This document shows positions 49,105 to 59,236 of a DNA stretch of 64,000 nt, in pieces. Each line of letters begins with the position of its first letter. Within the stretch, counting starts at the first letter, position 1. The DNA is from an uncultured delta proteobacterium (GTDB lineage Bacteria > Desulfobacterota > Desulfobacteria > Desulfobacterales > JAFDCJ01). The position numbers and the translations under genes are program-made. The stretch lies in assembly GCA_963769935.1 (NCBI GenBank), contig CAVYNY010000015.1:32001-96000 (forward strand), read 5' to 3'. Under the pieces are notes generated by a model. The model saw only the letters and a program-made list of their open reading frames with translations, did no database searches and was not told the origin of the DNA.

Positions 49105-51018
49105 ATGGAAGTCATGGGAAATTTCATTCGGCAGGAGGATATCCGGATTCACCGGCAGTCCGTCCTGGAGGAATCCCAGCAGATCCAAAGGCTGATCAAA
49201 ATGCGCTGGTGGGTCCCCGCCCTGATTGCCGCCGCCGTTGGACTGAGTGTACTGGCCGGCTTCGACGACCGGTTCCTGCTGCTGCTTTGGGCGGCCGGCT
49301 ACATTCTGGGGTACAATCTGCTGTGCTACCGGATGAGCCTGAAGCCGGCATCGGCCCCCGAGGCCATGCGCAACGAATGGCGGCGTTCCGTCTACTGGCA
49401 GTCGGCTCTGGATTGCAGTGCCGTATGCTTGCTGGCCTTTCTCACCGGCGGAATCTCCAGTCCGGTGGCTTTTCTCTTAGTAATTCCCATTTTCGTGGTC
49501 GCCACCCGTTTAGCCCCCCGCCCGGCCTTAGTGTTTACGGCCTGCGTATTGATCGGCGTCACGCTGTTTGCCGGGTTGGAGCAGGCCGCCTGGCTGCCGC
49601 GCCGTTTTATGATCCTGCAGCCCCAAACAGCAGCCACCACACGGTCTCTCGATCAGTTTCTCCTCGGCCTTTTGACGATCTACCTTACGGTGGCGACGAT
49701 CGCCTTGCTGGGTGTGTCGATGTCCAATGCGGTCCGCCGAAAAACTCGCCTGCGGGAAGATCACTGTGAATCGCTGACGCGCCTCAATCAAAAATTCCGG
49801 CGGTTGTTTTCCATGATCCAAACCATCGGATCAACGCCCAACCTCAATCAGGTCTTAAATATCGTCAGTTCGCAAACCGCCGCCGTAATGAATGTGAAAG
49901 GCATCACCATCAAACTGCTCAGTGAGGATGGCAAATATCTACGGTATGCCGCCGCCCATGGGCTGCCGGATGCCTTCGTCAGGGAAAAGTTGGTGGAAGT
50001 CGGGAAAAGCCCGTTGAACAAGCGCATCATTGAAGGTGAGCCGTTTATTACCGGCAATGTATCGGCCGGGGAAATGTTTCAATTCGGGGAAGTCCTGGCC
50101 GAAGCCCGGATCAAATCCGTCCTGTTTTTGCCGCTGCGCCTCGCGGGCAAGGTCATCGGCATCCTGGGAGCCTATTGCATTCTCCCCGATCGCTTTACGG
50201 ATGAAGATGTGGATTTCTTCCGCCTGGTTGCCGAACTGGTCGCTATCGCCCTCGAAAATGCCCGGGCCTATGAAGCGGTGGAGAAACTCGTCCGGGAAAG
50301 ATCCTGGTATATGCTGCGTGTGGCGCATAATCTGCGCGCTCCCCTGGCAGGCATGCTGAGCATTCTGGAGGTCGTTCGCGGAGGGTATCTCGGGGGCTTG
50401 AATGACGAGCAGCAGGAATACCTGCGCCGTCTCGACCGCCGCTCCCGCACGATGCTCATGCTGGTCAACGAGCTGATGACCCTGGCCAAAAGCAGGGAAG
50501 AAAAGAAAACCGGCGAAACCAAATCCACCGAACCGGAACTGGTGGCTCGGCGCATCCGTCGAACGTTTCAGGATAGATCGGCTGAAAAAAAAATCAACTT
50601 CAGTGTAACGGCCGCCGCCGATTTGCCGCCCATTCAGGGAGATCTGGAAATGGTGGAGCAAATTCTTGAAAATCTTGTCTCCAACGCCATCAAATACACG
50701 CTGGCCGAGGGAACGGTTTCCGTCAGGTTCTCCCGGGCCGCCGGTATGGTTCGAATGGAAGTCATCGATTCGGGCATTGGCATTTCAAAGACCGACAGAT
50801 CCAGGCTGTTTACGGAATTCTTTCGGGCCGAGAATGCGCGCAATGTGGAGAAAACCGGCACCGGCCTGGGACTGGCAATCGTCAAGGAATTTGTCGACAA
50901 ACTCGGTGGACGGATTCTGGTGGAAAGCGAAGAAGGAATGGGTACGATCTTCGTAGTCGATCTGCCCACTGCAACGCATGGAAAAGGAGGTCAGCATGAC
51001 AGCGTCGCAATCACTTGA
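49105..51018 (+). CDS. Membrane-bound GAF sensor histidine kinase
   Basis: About six TM helices (TGGISSP), GAF domain, H-box AHNLRAPL, NLVSNAIKY, DSGIGI, GTGLGL. Confidence 0.92.
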   Translation: MEVMGNFIRQEDIRIHRQSVLEESQQIQRLIKMRWWVPALIAAAVGLSVLAGFDDRFLLLLWAAGYILGYNLLCYRMSLKPASAPEAMRNEWRRSVYWQSALDCSAVCLLAFLTGGISSPVAFLLVIPIFVVATRLAPRPALVFTACVLIGVTLFAGLEQAAWLPRRFMILQPQTAATTRSLDQFLLGLLTIYLTVATIALLGVSMSNAVRRKTRLREDHCESLTRLNQKFRRLFSMIQTIGSTPNLNQVLNIVSSQTAAVMNVKGITIKLLSEDGKYLRYAAAHGLPDAFVREKLVEVGKSPLNKRIIEGEPFITGNVSAGEMFQFGEVLAEARIKSVLFLPLRLAGKVIGILGAYCILPDRFTDEDVDFFRLVAELVAIALENARAYEAVEKLVRERSWYMLRVAHNLRAPLAGMLSILEVVRGGYLGGLNDEQQEYLRRLDRRSRTMLMLVNELMTLAKSREEKKTGETKSTEPELVARRIRRTFQDRSAEKKINFSVTAAADLPPIQGDLEMVEQILENLVSNAIKYTLAEGTVSVRFSRAAGMVRMEVIDSGIGISKTDRSRLFTEFFRAENARNVEKTGTGLGLAIVKEFVDKLGGRILVESEEGMGTIFVVDLPTATHGKGGQHDSVAIT

Positions 51019-51466
51019 AATGGAGCAGCTGGAGGAAATTCTGCAGGCCTATCGAGGGCAGAAGGGAGCGGTCATTCCCGTGCTGCAAAAAGCCCAGAAG
51101 ATCCACGGCTATTTGCCGGAAGAGGTCTTGCAGCGGATTGCGCGCGGATTGCGGGTTCCGATCAGTCGCATTTACGGCGTGGCGACGTTTTATTCTCAAT
51201 TTTATCTGACCCGCCGGGGCCGCCACGTTGTTCGCCAATGTGACGGGACCGCCTGCCATGTGCGCGGGTCGGGTCAAATAGTTGAAAAAATCGAAAAGGA
51301 ATTGGGCATCCAGGCCGGCGGCACCACCCCGGATTATAAGGTCACCTACGAGGTGGTATATTGTCTCGGATCCTGCGGCCTGGCTCCGGTGGCAACCGTC
51401 GATGGTGCGGCGGTCGGCAAGCTGGCTCCGGAGCGGATGGCCGTCCTGGTTCAACAGTTGGACTAG
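50996..51466 (+). CDS. hoxE: NuoE/HoxE/HydC-like [2Fe-2S] subunit
   Basis: IPVLQKAQ..HGYLP, YGVATFYSQF, CDGTAC, CLGSC; AAGGAGG RBS. Confidence 0.9.
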   Translation: MTASQSLEMEQLEEILQAYRGQKGAVIPVLQKAQKIHGYLPEEVLQRIARGLRVPISRIYGVATFYSQFYLTRRGRHVVRQCDGTACHVRGSGQIVEKIEKELGIQAGGTTPDYKVTYEVVYCLGSCGLAPVATVDGAAVGKLAPERMAVLVQQLD

Positions 51467-51559
51467 ATTATTGTCGGGCAGCCGTTTTCCGAGTCATGGC
51501 GGGGAGTTGAGATCCACCTGCAGCGGCCGCCGTGCGGTAAAAGGAGGGAGAGGTGCAAT

Positions 51560-51967
51560 ATGCCAAAAATCATGACGATAGACGATTTCAAGAAGCTTCG
51601 CCAAGACGCCCGGCGGGATATCCGGGTACGCTCGCAGACCGGCACTAAAATCATTATCGGCATGGGCACCTGCGGCATTGCCGCCGGCGCCCGGGAGACC
51701 ATGCGCGCCATACTGGAAGAGCTGAACAAACGGCACATCGACGCTCACGTCACCACCATCGGCTGTATCGGCAGGTGTGCGTTTGAGCCGCTGGTGGACG
51801 TGGAGCAGGCCGGCGGCTCCCGCATCACCTACGGCAATATCCATCCGGACATGGTGCCCCGTCTGATTGAAGAGCACCTGATTCAGGGTCGGGTCGTTGA
51901 TGACTGGGTGGTGGCGCGCCTGCCGCAGACCGCTCGCGAATCGAAGGAGGAAATGCCAAATGTCTGA
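51560..51967 (+). CDS. Thioredoxin-like [2Fe-2S] ferredoxin-fold subunit (HndB/HydD-like)
   Basis: IGMGTCGIAAGA, GCIGRC.FEPLVDV, EHLIQG. Confidence 0.88.
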   Translation: MPKIMTIDDFKKLRQDARRDIRVRSQTGTKIIIGMGTCGIAAGARETMRAILEELNKRHIDAHVTTIGCIGRCAFEPLVDVEQAGGSRITYGNIHPDMVPRLIEEHLIQGRVVDDWVVARLPQTARESKEEMPNV

Positions 51968-54900
51968 ATCATTATATCGTGCCAACGTGCTCATCTGTCA
52001 CGGAACCGGATGCACGGCATCACAGGCGGAGGGTGTCCACGAAGTGTTGCAGAAAGAACTTGTGCGGCAGGGACTGGAAAACGAGATTCAGGTTATCCAG
52101 ACCGGCTGCCGCGGCTTCTGCGCCATGGGTCCGATTCTGATGATCTATCCCGAAGGCATCTTCTACTGCCAGGTCGCCCCCGCCGACGTGGCCCATCTGG
52201 TGGAAGAAACCCTGCTGAAAGGCCGTCTGGTCGAGCGCCTGCTTTACCGCGAACCGCTGGAACATAAAGCCGTTCCATACTACCAGCAAATCCCGTTTTA
52301 CACGAAGCAAAAACGAATCGCCCTGCGCAACTGCGGCCTGATCGATCCGGAAAGCATTGAAGAATACATCGCCCAGGACGGCTATGCCGCGCTGATCAAA
52401 GTGCTTTCCGGGATGACGCCCCAGATGGTGCTCGACGAAGTCAAAGCTTCGGGCCTCCGGGGGCGCGGCGGCGCCGGTTTCCCGGCCGGTCTGAAGTGGG
52501 AGTTCACCCGCCGCGCAGCCGGAGAACCCAAATATGTCATCTGCAACGCGGATGAAGGTGATCCCGGCGCTTTCATGGATCGCAGCATCATCGAGGGCGA
52601 CCCCCACAGTCTGATTGAAGGCATGACCATTGCCGCCTATGCCATCGGCGCCGCGGAGGGATATGTCTATTGCCGGGCCGAATACCCCCTGGCCATCCGG
52701 CGGCTTCAGGTGGCCATTGAGCAGGCCGAGGCGTATGGACTGATCGGCGGCAACATTATGGGCACCGACTTTGGTTTTCAGCTGCATATTAAGGAAGGCG
52801 CCGGGGCATTCGTTTGCGGAGAGGAGACGGCGCTGATCGCTTCGATCGAGGGCCGGCGGGGCGAACCCCGCCCGCGTCCGCCATTTCCGGCGGTTGCCGG
52901 TCTCTGGGGTATGCCGACCAACATCAACAATGTCAAAAGCTACGCCGTCGTGCCCCGGATCATATCGCAAGGCGCCGAGTGGTTTGCCGGCATCGGTTCG
53001 AAAAGCAGCCCGGGAACCGCTATCTTTGCGCTAACCGGCAAAGTCAAGAACACGGGCCTGGTTGAAGTGCCCATGGGCATCACCCTGGGGGAGATTATCT
53101 TCGACATCGGCGGCGGCATCCTCAAGGACAAGCAGTTCAAGGCCGTGCAGACCGGCGGACCTCTGGGGGGCTGCATCCCGCCGCAGCATCTCAATGTCAA
53201 GGTTGATTTTGACTCCCTCAAAGAAGTCGGGGCGGTAATGGGCTCCGGCGGCATGATCGTGGTGGATGAAGACACCTGCATGGTGGAATTTGCCAGGTTC
53301 TTCTTGACCTTTGCCACCGCGGAAAGCTGCGGCAAGTGCATCCCCTGTCGATCCGGCGGCAAACGCATGCTGGAGATTTTAAACCGCATCTGCCGGGGGC
53401 AGGGCCAACGGCAGGACCTCGACAAAATCCGCGCGTTGGCAGCCGGCATGGAATCAAGCTCCCTTTGCGCGTTGGGGCAGTTGACGCCCGGTCCCGTGAT
53501 GGCGGCCCTGCGCTATTTCGAGGATGAATTTGTGGCCCATATAGAGGATCGGCGCTGTCCGGCCGGATCCTGCAAAGAGTTGGTGCCGGCGCGCTGCTTG
53601 AATGCCTGCCCGGCAGGCGTGGATGTGCCGGCTTACATCAGCCTCGCGGCCCAGGGACGGTATGCCGAAGCCCTGGAGATTCACCGTGAACGCAATCCCT
53701 TCGCCATGGTCTGCGGACGTGTCTGTCCGGCATTCTGCGAGCAGCGCTGCCGCCGCAGCGATATTGACGAGCCGGTGGCGATTCGTGCCGTCAAACGCTT
53801 CATGGCCGATCACGAAGCCGGCCATCCCTGGACGCCGCCCAAAGCAGGCCCCGGACGGCCTGAAAAGATCGCCGTCATCGGCGCGGGTCCCGGCGGTCTG
53901 ACCGCGGCGCTGCGCCTGGCGCAAAAGGGGTATCCGGTGACGGTTTACGAGGCCCTGCCCGTTCCCGGCGGCATGCTGGCGGTAGGGATCCCGGCGTATC
54001 GGCTGCCGCGGGCGATTCTCAATCAGGAGATCGAAAGCATCAAGCGCGCCGGGGTCGACATCGTCTGCAACCGGACCCTCGGCCGCGACTTTGAGCCTGG
54101 ACGATCTTTTCGATCGCATGGGATACGCATCCGTGGTTTTGGCCATCGGTGCACATAAGGGTTTGCGGATGGGAATTAAAGGCGAAAACCTGCCGGGGGT
54201 CTATGACGGGGTCGAGTACCTGCGAAACTGCGCCCTGGGAAAGGCACCTGAGTTCAGCGCCCAAAAAGTGGCCGTCGTCGGCGGCGGCAACGTCGCCATT
54301 GATGCCGCACGCACCGCCTGGCGCCAGGGCGCCGCCCAGGTGGATGTCATTTACCGCCGCACCCGCCGGGACATGCCCGCCTATCGCGAGGAAATCGAAG
54401 CCGCCGAGCAGGAAGGCATCATATTTCATTATCTGGCGGCGCCGATTCGCGTTTTAGGTGACGAGCGCGTTGCGGGCCTCGAAATACAGAACCAACAGCT
54501 GTCGGAGTTTGACGCCAGCGGCCGGCGGCGCCCGATACCGATTGAGGCCTCCACCTTCACTCTGAAAATCGAAGCGCTCATCCAGGCGATCGGACAGCAG
54601 CCGGATCTGCAAGGCATCGCGGAAGCAGCGCTGGAAACCAACCGCAACGCCACAATTCGGGTGGGCCAAGATCTGGCAACCTCCCGCCGCGGCGTTTTCG
54701 CCGTCGGGGACGCGGTTTCCGGCCCGGCTTCAGTGATTGAAGCCGTGGCCCATGGCAACCGGGCGGCAGAGGCGGTCGATCATTTCCTGCGTACCGGAAC
54801 GACGGCAAAATTGGACGCTGCATTAGATGTGCATCTTCCCGAGCTCACCTGGAACATGCAGGACTACAGTCACGCGGCCCGCATCCAGCCCGGCCAATTG

Positions 54901-55056
54901 GCCCTGTCCGAGCGAAGCGGCAGCTTCCGCGAAGTAGAGCTGCCGGTTGCGGAAGAAAAAATTTGCGAAGAGGCCAAACGCTGTTTGCGCTGCGATCTGG
55001 AATGGCAGGCCGGCCGGGCCGGTGTAGCCGAAGAGAAAGGCGTCCGAGCGGCTTAG
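51960..55056 (+). CDS. NuoF/HoxF/HydB-like FMN subunit fused to a GltD/NfnB-like Fe-S/FAD/NADP(H) module (apparent frameshift near 54092)
   Basis: CHGTGC/GCRGFC, GRGGAGFP, NADEGDPGAFMD, GAFVCGEETAL, CGKCIPC, then CLNACP, CGRVCPAFCEQRC, GAGPGG; after the frame change GGGNVA, YRR, GD, EAKRCLRC. Confidence 0.9.
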
Positions 55057-55131
55057 CGTCAAATGCTGTATTCCTTAAATTGGTTAAAAAAAGTGAAAGC
55101 GGACAACTAAACTATATGTGAGTCTTGGAAA

Positions 55132-55365
55132 AAAATTACAAGCACCAAACAACAAATAACAAACAATATTTAAATTCCAAACTCCAATGACCCAAACGGG
55201 TTTTTACGTGCGGCAAAGTAATTCCTTTGGTCTCGACTCAGGCAAAAGGAAGCTAATCAGAAATGGTCGAATCGACCTGATTAGCCTATGTTTAGGATTT
55301 CTTTCGAATTTGAAGTTTGTGATCTGAGATTTATTTGGAATTTGGAATTTGAGATTTGGAATTTT
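55132..55365. repeat. CAAAT-heptamer inverted-repeat element inside the hydrogenase operon
   Basis: Left arm aaaattacaagcaccaaacaacaaataacaaacaatatttaaattccaaactccaatgacccaaac; right arm ...gatttatttggaatttggaatttgagatttggaatttt; internal hairpin gctaatcag...ctgattagc. Confidence 0.85.
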
Positions 55366-55442
55366 CTGGCGAACATACAGGATGCGCGTCAAGACCTAAA
55401 GAGCAAACGACATCAACACACGGAAAGCACAGGAGGATAGCC

Positions 55443-57251
55443 ATGTCGTCCCTCAACATTACCATCAACGGCCAGGAAATTACCGCCGTCGGCGGCCAGA
55501 CGGTGCTTGAAGCGGCAACCGCTGCTGGAATCGAGATCCCTACCCTTTGCCACCATCCCGCACTGAAGCCCGTCGGGGCATGCCGGGTATGCCTGGTGGA
55601 GGTGAAAGGTCAACGAGGTCTGCAACCGGCCTGCACATTTCCAATCGCACCGCGCATGATCATTGAAACTGAAACGCCGAAAGTGGTTGAAGCCAGAAAG
55701 TTTGTATTGCAACTCATCTTCTCCGAGCGCAATCATTTCTGTATGTTCTGTGAAATGAGCGGCGACTGTGAACTCCAGCAATTGGGATACCGCTACGGGC
55801 TGGATCACTGGATGTATCCGACCTACACCCAGAAGTTCCCGGTCGATGCCTCCCTGCCTGACTTTTTGCTGGATCATAACCGCTGTGTCCTCTGCCGCAG
55901 GTGCATCCGGGCCTGCAGCGAACTGGCGGCCAACCACACGCTGGATCTGCGTCAGCGCGGCGCCCTTACCATGCTCACAGCGGATATGAATGACTGCCTG
56001 GCGCAATCTTCCTGCATCTCCTGCGGCGTCTGTTTGGATGTGTGTCCGACCGGAGCTCTGGTCGACAAGCGCAGCGCCTTCGCCGGTCGGGATTGCAATA
56101 GCGAACATATTGCCGGCATCTGCAGCCAGTGCAGTCTCGGCTGCGGCCTGGAGATGGTTGTCCGGGCCGGCAATATCCTGCGTATCGGCGGGCGGTGGGA
56201 CGCGCCCGTCAACGGGGGGGTGCTTTGCAGGAAAGGCCGTTTCCAGGCGCTCGACGAAAGCCGCCCGCGAATTCTTTCTCCGTTAAAGCGCTCAAACGGC
56301 CAACAGCTGCCGATTGACTGGGAAAGCGGCCTGCAGCTGGCGGCCGAGCGCATCGCCGCGGTCGCGCCGCAGCATCTGGGCCTGTTGACCACCACCCGGA
56401 CGACCAATGAAGCGCTGAATCTTTTAAGTAATTTATTCAGCCGTCGACTGAAGACCCGGCAGTCGAACCTCTTGAACCCGGTTGTCCCAAGCTTCCCGTC
56501 CCTGGCGCAAGGATCCCTGGCCGATCTGTCGCGCAGCGACTGCATTCTGCTGACCGGAACCGATCCGGCCGTTTCCCATCCGGTGGCCGCAATGCTGATC
56601 AAGCGTGCCGTGGATCGCGGCTGCCGACTCATCGCGATCGAAGATCAGGAGACCGGCCTGGATGCGCATGCCGATCAGGTTTTGAAGACCGGCGAAGTGA
56701 ATCAGGCGGTCCGTTGGGCCCGTCGCGCGCAATTTCCGGCGGTGGTATATGGAGACAGCGTCTTAAAGAAAACTCTCAGAATGCTTCAGCAGCTGGACAA
56801 CGCCGTGTTTATTGCCCTGCAGCCCGGGGTCAACACCTATGCGGCCGTATCGCTCGGTTTGAACCAGCGCGTCGATTTTACCGACCTGGCGGTGCTTTAC
56901 GTACTGGCCGGCGAGCAGGACGAAGGGCTGGATGAGGTCGCCGCTAAAATTTCCGCTGAGACCTTTGTGGTGGTCCAGACCTGTTACGCTTCGGTGCTGA
57001 CCGAACGGGCGGATGTGGTTCTGCCCATGGCCGCCTGGCCGGAGAGATCCGGAAGCCTGACCACCACCGAGGGGACAGTCCAGAAAACTCTCGCGGCCCG
57101 AACCCCGCGCGGAGACTCCAAACCGGACTGGGAAATTCTGCAGCTGCTGGCCGAAAAATTGGGCACGCAACCGCAGGTTTCAATCGATGACATGGCGTCC
57201 TTTACGGAGCGAACATTTTTGAGAAAGGAGAATCCAACATGGCCAAGGTAA
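55443..57251 (+). CDS. NuoG/HoxU/HydA-like multi-Fe-S subunit with shortened molybdopterin-oxidoreductase-like domain
   Basis: IPTLC..GACRVC..PAC, HFCMFC.....C, CVLCRRC...C, CISCGVC...CP, CSQCSLGC...C.KG, ADVVLP..E..GS.TTTEG; GGAGG RBS. Confidence 0.88.
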   Translation: MSSLNITINGQEITAVGGQTVLEAATAAGIEIPTLCHHPALKPVGACRVCLVEVKGQRGLQPACTFPIAPRMIIETETPKVVEARKFVLQLIFSERNHFCMFCEMSGDCELQQLGYRYGLDHWMYPTYTQKFPVDASLPDFLLDHNRCVLCRRCIRACSELAANHTLDLRQRGALTMLTADMNDCLAQSSCISCGVCLDVCPTGALVDKRSAFAGRDCNSEHIAGICSQCSLGCGLEMVVRAGNILRIGGRWDAPVNGGVLCRKGRFQALDESRPRILSPLKRSNGQQLPIDWESGLQLAAERIAAVAPQHLGLLTTTRTTNEALNLLSNLFSRRLKTRQSNLLNPVVPSFPSLAQGSLADLSRSDCILLTGTDPAVSHPVAAMLIKRAVDRGCRLIAIEDQETGLDAHADQVLKTGEVNQAVRWARRAQFPAVVYGDSVLKKTLRMLQQLDNAVFIALQPGVNTYAAVSLGLNQRVDFTDLAVLYVLAGEQDEGLDEVAAKISAETFVVVQTCYASVLTERADVVLPMAAWPERSGSLTTTEGTVQKTLAARTPRGDSKPDWEILQLLAEKLGTQPQVSIDDMASFTERTFLRKENPTWPR

Positions 57252-57784
57252 CCATTGCAACCGACTGGCTGGCCGCCTGCGCGGGCTGCCACATGTCCCT
57301 GCTGGACATCGATGAACGCATCGTGCCCCTGCTGGAAGCGGTGGAGTTCACCTCCAGCCCGTTGACCGACCTGAAACACCCGCCGGCCGGCGGTGTTACG
57401 GTGGGAATTCTGACCGGCGCCATCAGCAATACGCACAACGTCGAGGTTGCCCATCGAATGCGTGATCGGTGCAAGATTCTTGTCGCTGTGGGCGATTGCG
57501 CCACCTTCGGCGGCATTGTCGCCTGCCGCAACCTGGTGGGGACCGAAGCTGCGTTGCAGCGGGCTTACCTGGAAACAGAAAGCACCGTGGACGGAATAAT
57601 TCCCGATTCTCCGGAGCTCGGTACGCCGCTGCCGCTTGTGACCGGCATTGCCGATACGGTGGCCGTCGATGTCTTTGTGCCGGGCTGCCCGCCCCGGGCC
57701 GACGACCTGTATTTCGTCATCGACGAACTGCTGGCCGGACGTGTTCCGGTGGTATTGCCGGCGCAACATCTCAAGTACGACTGA
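57239..57784 (+). CDS. hoxY: [NiFe]-hydrogenase small subunit (HoxY-like, single proximal cluster)
   Basis: WLAACAGCHMS, VGDCATFGG, PGCPP; 181 aa. Confidence 0.92.
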   Translation: MAKVTIATDWLAACAGCHMSLLDIDERIVPLLEAVEFTSSPLTDLKHPPAGGVTVGILTGAISNTHNVEVAHRMRDRCKILVAVGDCATFGGIVACRNLVGTEAALQRAYLETESTVDGIIPDSPELGTPLPLVTGIADTVAVDVFVPGCPPRADDLYFVIDELLAGRVPVVLPAQHLKYD

Positions 57785-57800
57785 TGCAAGGAGAACAGCT

Positions 57801-59228
57801 ATGAATGCGCGCAAAATTACGATTGAGCCTGTTACACGGATTGAAGGTCATGCGCGGGTCACCATCCATTTGAACCCGGAAGGCGGAGTTGATCGGACCT
57901 ATTTCCACGTGGATGAGTTCCGCGGCCTCGAGAAATTCAGCGAAGGCCGGCCGTATTTCGAAATGCCCCAGATCACCCAGCGCATCTGCGGCATTTGTCC
58001 GGTCAGCCACCACCTGGCTTCGGTCAAGGCCTGCGATGCCATTCTAGGCGCTGAACCGCCGCGGCCGGCCAGGCTTCTGCGGGAGTTGATGCATATGGCC
58101 CAGTTCGTTCAGTCCCACGGCATGCACTTCTTCCATCTGGCGGCCCCGGACCTGCTGTTGGGGTTTGATGCCGATCCGGCGGAGCGCAATGTGTTCGGCA
58201 TCATCAAGGCCAATCCGCAACTGGCCCTGAAGGCGGTCCACCTCAGACGCTTCGGCCAGCAAATCATTGAAATTCTCGGCGGCAAGCGCGTCCATCCGAA
58301 TTTTGCAGTTCCCGGCGGCGTCAATGCACCGCTGGCACTCAAGGATCGCGACACTATCGCCGCGGAACGTGATCAGCAACTCGCTTTTGCGAGGGAAGCC
58401 GTGGACCTCATCAAACATTGGCTCCACGGGCACAACGAACTGGCCTTAAGCTTTGCCGCCTTTCCCTCCAACTACATGGGGCTGGTGGATGCGCAGGGAG
58501 CACTGCAGCTGTACGACGGCCGGATCCGCATCCGGGATGCCCGCGGTGATCTGCTGACTCAATTCGCACCGCCGGCCTACCTGGAAAATATTGCCGAACA
58601 CGTGGAACCGTGGTCTTTTCTGAAGTTCCCCTACTACCGCAAGCAGGGATGGCCTCAGGGCGCATATCGCGTCGGTCCGCTGGGACGTCTGAACGCCGTG
58701 GATAAAATGGGCACCCCTCTGGCCGACGAGGAACTGGTCGAGTTCAGGCGGTCGGCGGTCGGCCAACCGGTCGAAGGCTCCCTTTTTTACCACTATGCCC
58801 GCATGATCGAATTGCTCTTTGCCCTGGAAACCATGGGCCGCCTGCTGGATGACCGTGACATTTTGTCAACCGAAATCCGGACGTCCGGATCACGACAGCT
58901 GAATCCAAGAGGAATCGGAGTTATCGAGGCACCCCGCGGAACCCTGATTCACGATTACACGGTCGATGAAAACGGCCTGCTTGCCCGCGTCAACCTTATT
59001 GTGGCCACCGGCCACAACAACTGGGCCATGAATCAGGCCGTGGCAACCGTGGCAAAAGCCTATATCAACGGCAGCCAACCAACCGAAGGGATCCTGAACC
59101 GGGTGGAAGCCTCGATCCGGTGCTATGACCCCTGTTTATCGTGTTCAACCCATGCCATCGGCCGGATGCCGCTCGAGGTGGTGGTGATGGGAACCGACGG
59201 AACCATTTTGCGGCAAATGGCCCGCTGA
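57801..59228 (+). CDS. hoxH: [NiFe]-hydrogenase large subunit (group 3d-like)
   Basis: [10 protein letters not shown]1 [20 protein letters not shown]2 [11 protein letters not shown] plus cleavable C-terminal extension. Confidence 0.95.
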   Translation: MNARKITIEPVTRIEGHARVTIHLNPEGGVDRTYFHVDEFRGLEKFSEGRPYFEMPQITQRICGICPVSHHLASVKACDAILGAEPPRPARLLRELMHMAQFVQSHGMHFFHLAAPDLLLGFDADPAERNVFGIIKANPQLALKAVHLRRFGQQIIEILGGKRVHPNFAVPGGVNAPLALKDRDTIAAERDQQLAFAREAVDLIKHWLHGHNELALSFAAFPSNYMGLVDAQGALQLYDGRIRIRDARGDLLTQFAPPAYLENIAEHVEPWSFLKFPYYRKQGWPQGAYRVGPLGRLNAVDKMGTPLADEELVEFRRSAVGQPVEGSLFYHYARMIELLFALETMGRLLDDRDILSTEIRTSGSRQLNPRGIGVIEAPRGTLIHDYTVDENGLLARVNLIVATGHNNWAMNQAVATVAKAYINGSQPTEGILNRVEASIRCYDPCLSCSTHAIGRMPLEVVVMGTDGTILRQMAR

Positions 59229-59236
59229 CCGATGAG

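Noticed and set aside
54085..54100. Programmed ribosomal frameshift in the NuoF-GltD gene
   Set aside because: No slippery heptamer is evident, and six similar breaks elsewhere point to sequence error.
55443..57251. Formate dehydrogenase alpha subunit call
   Set aside because: Too short, and lacks the catalytic Cys/Sec-His region and the C-terminal pterin-binding domain.
50996..57251. Respiratory complex I (nuoEFG)
   Set aside because: No membrane nuo genes; directly followed by hydrogenase small and large subunits and a maturation protease.
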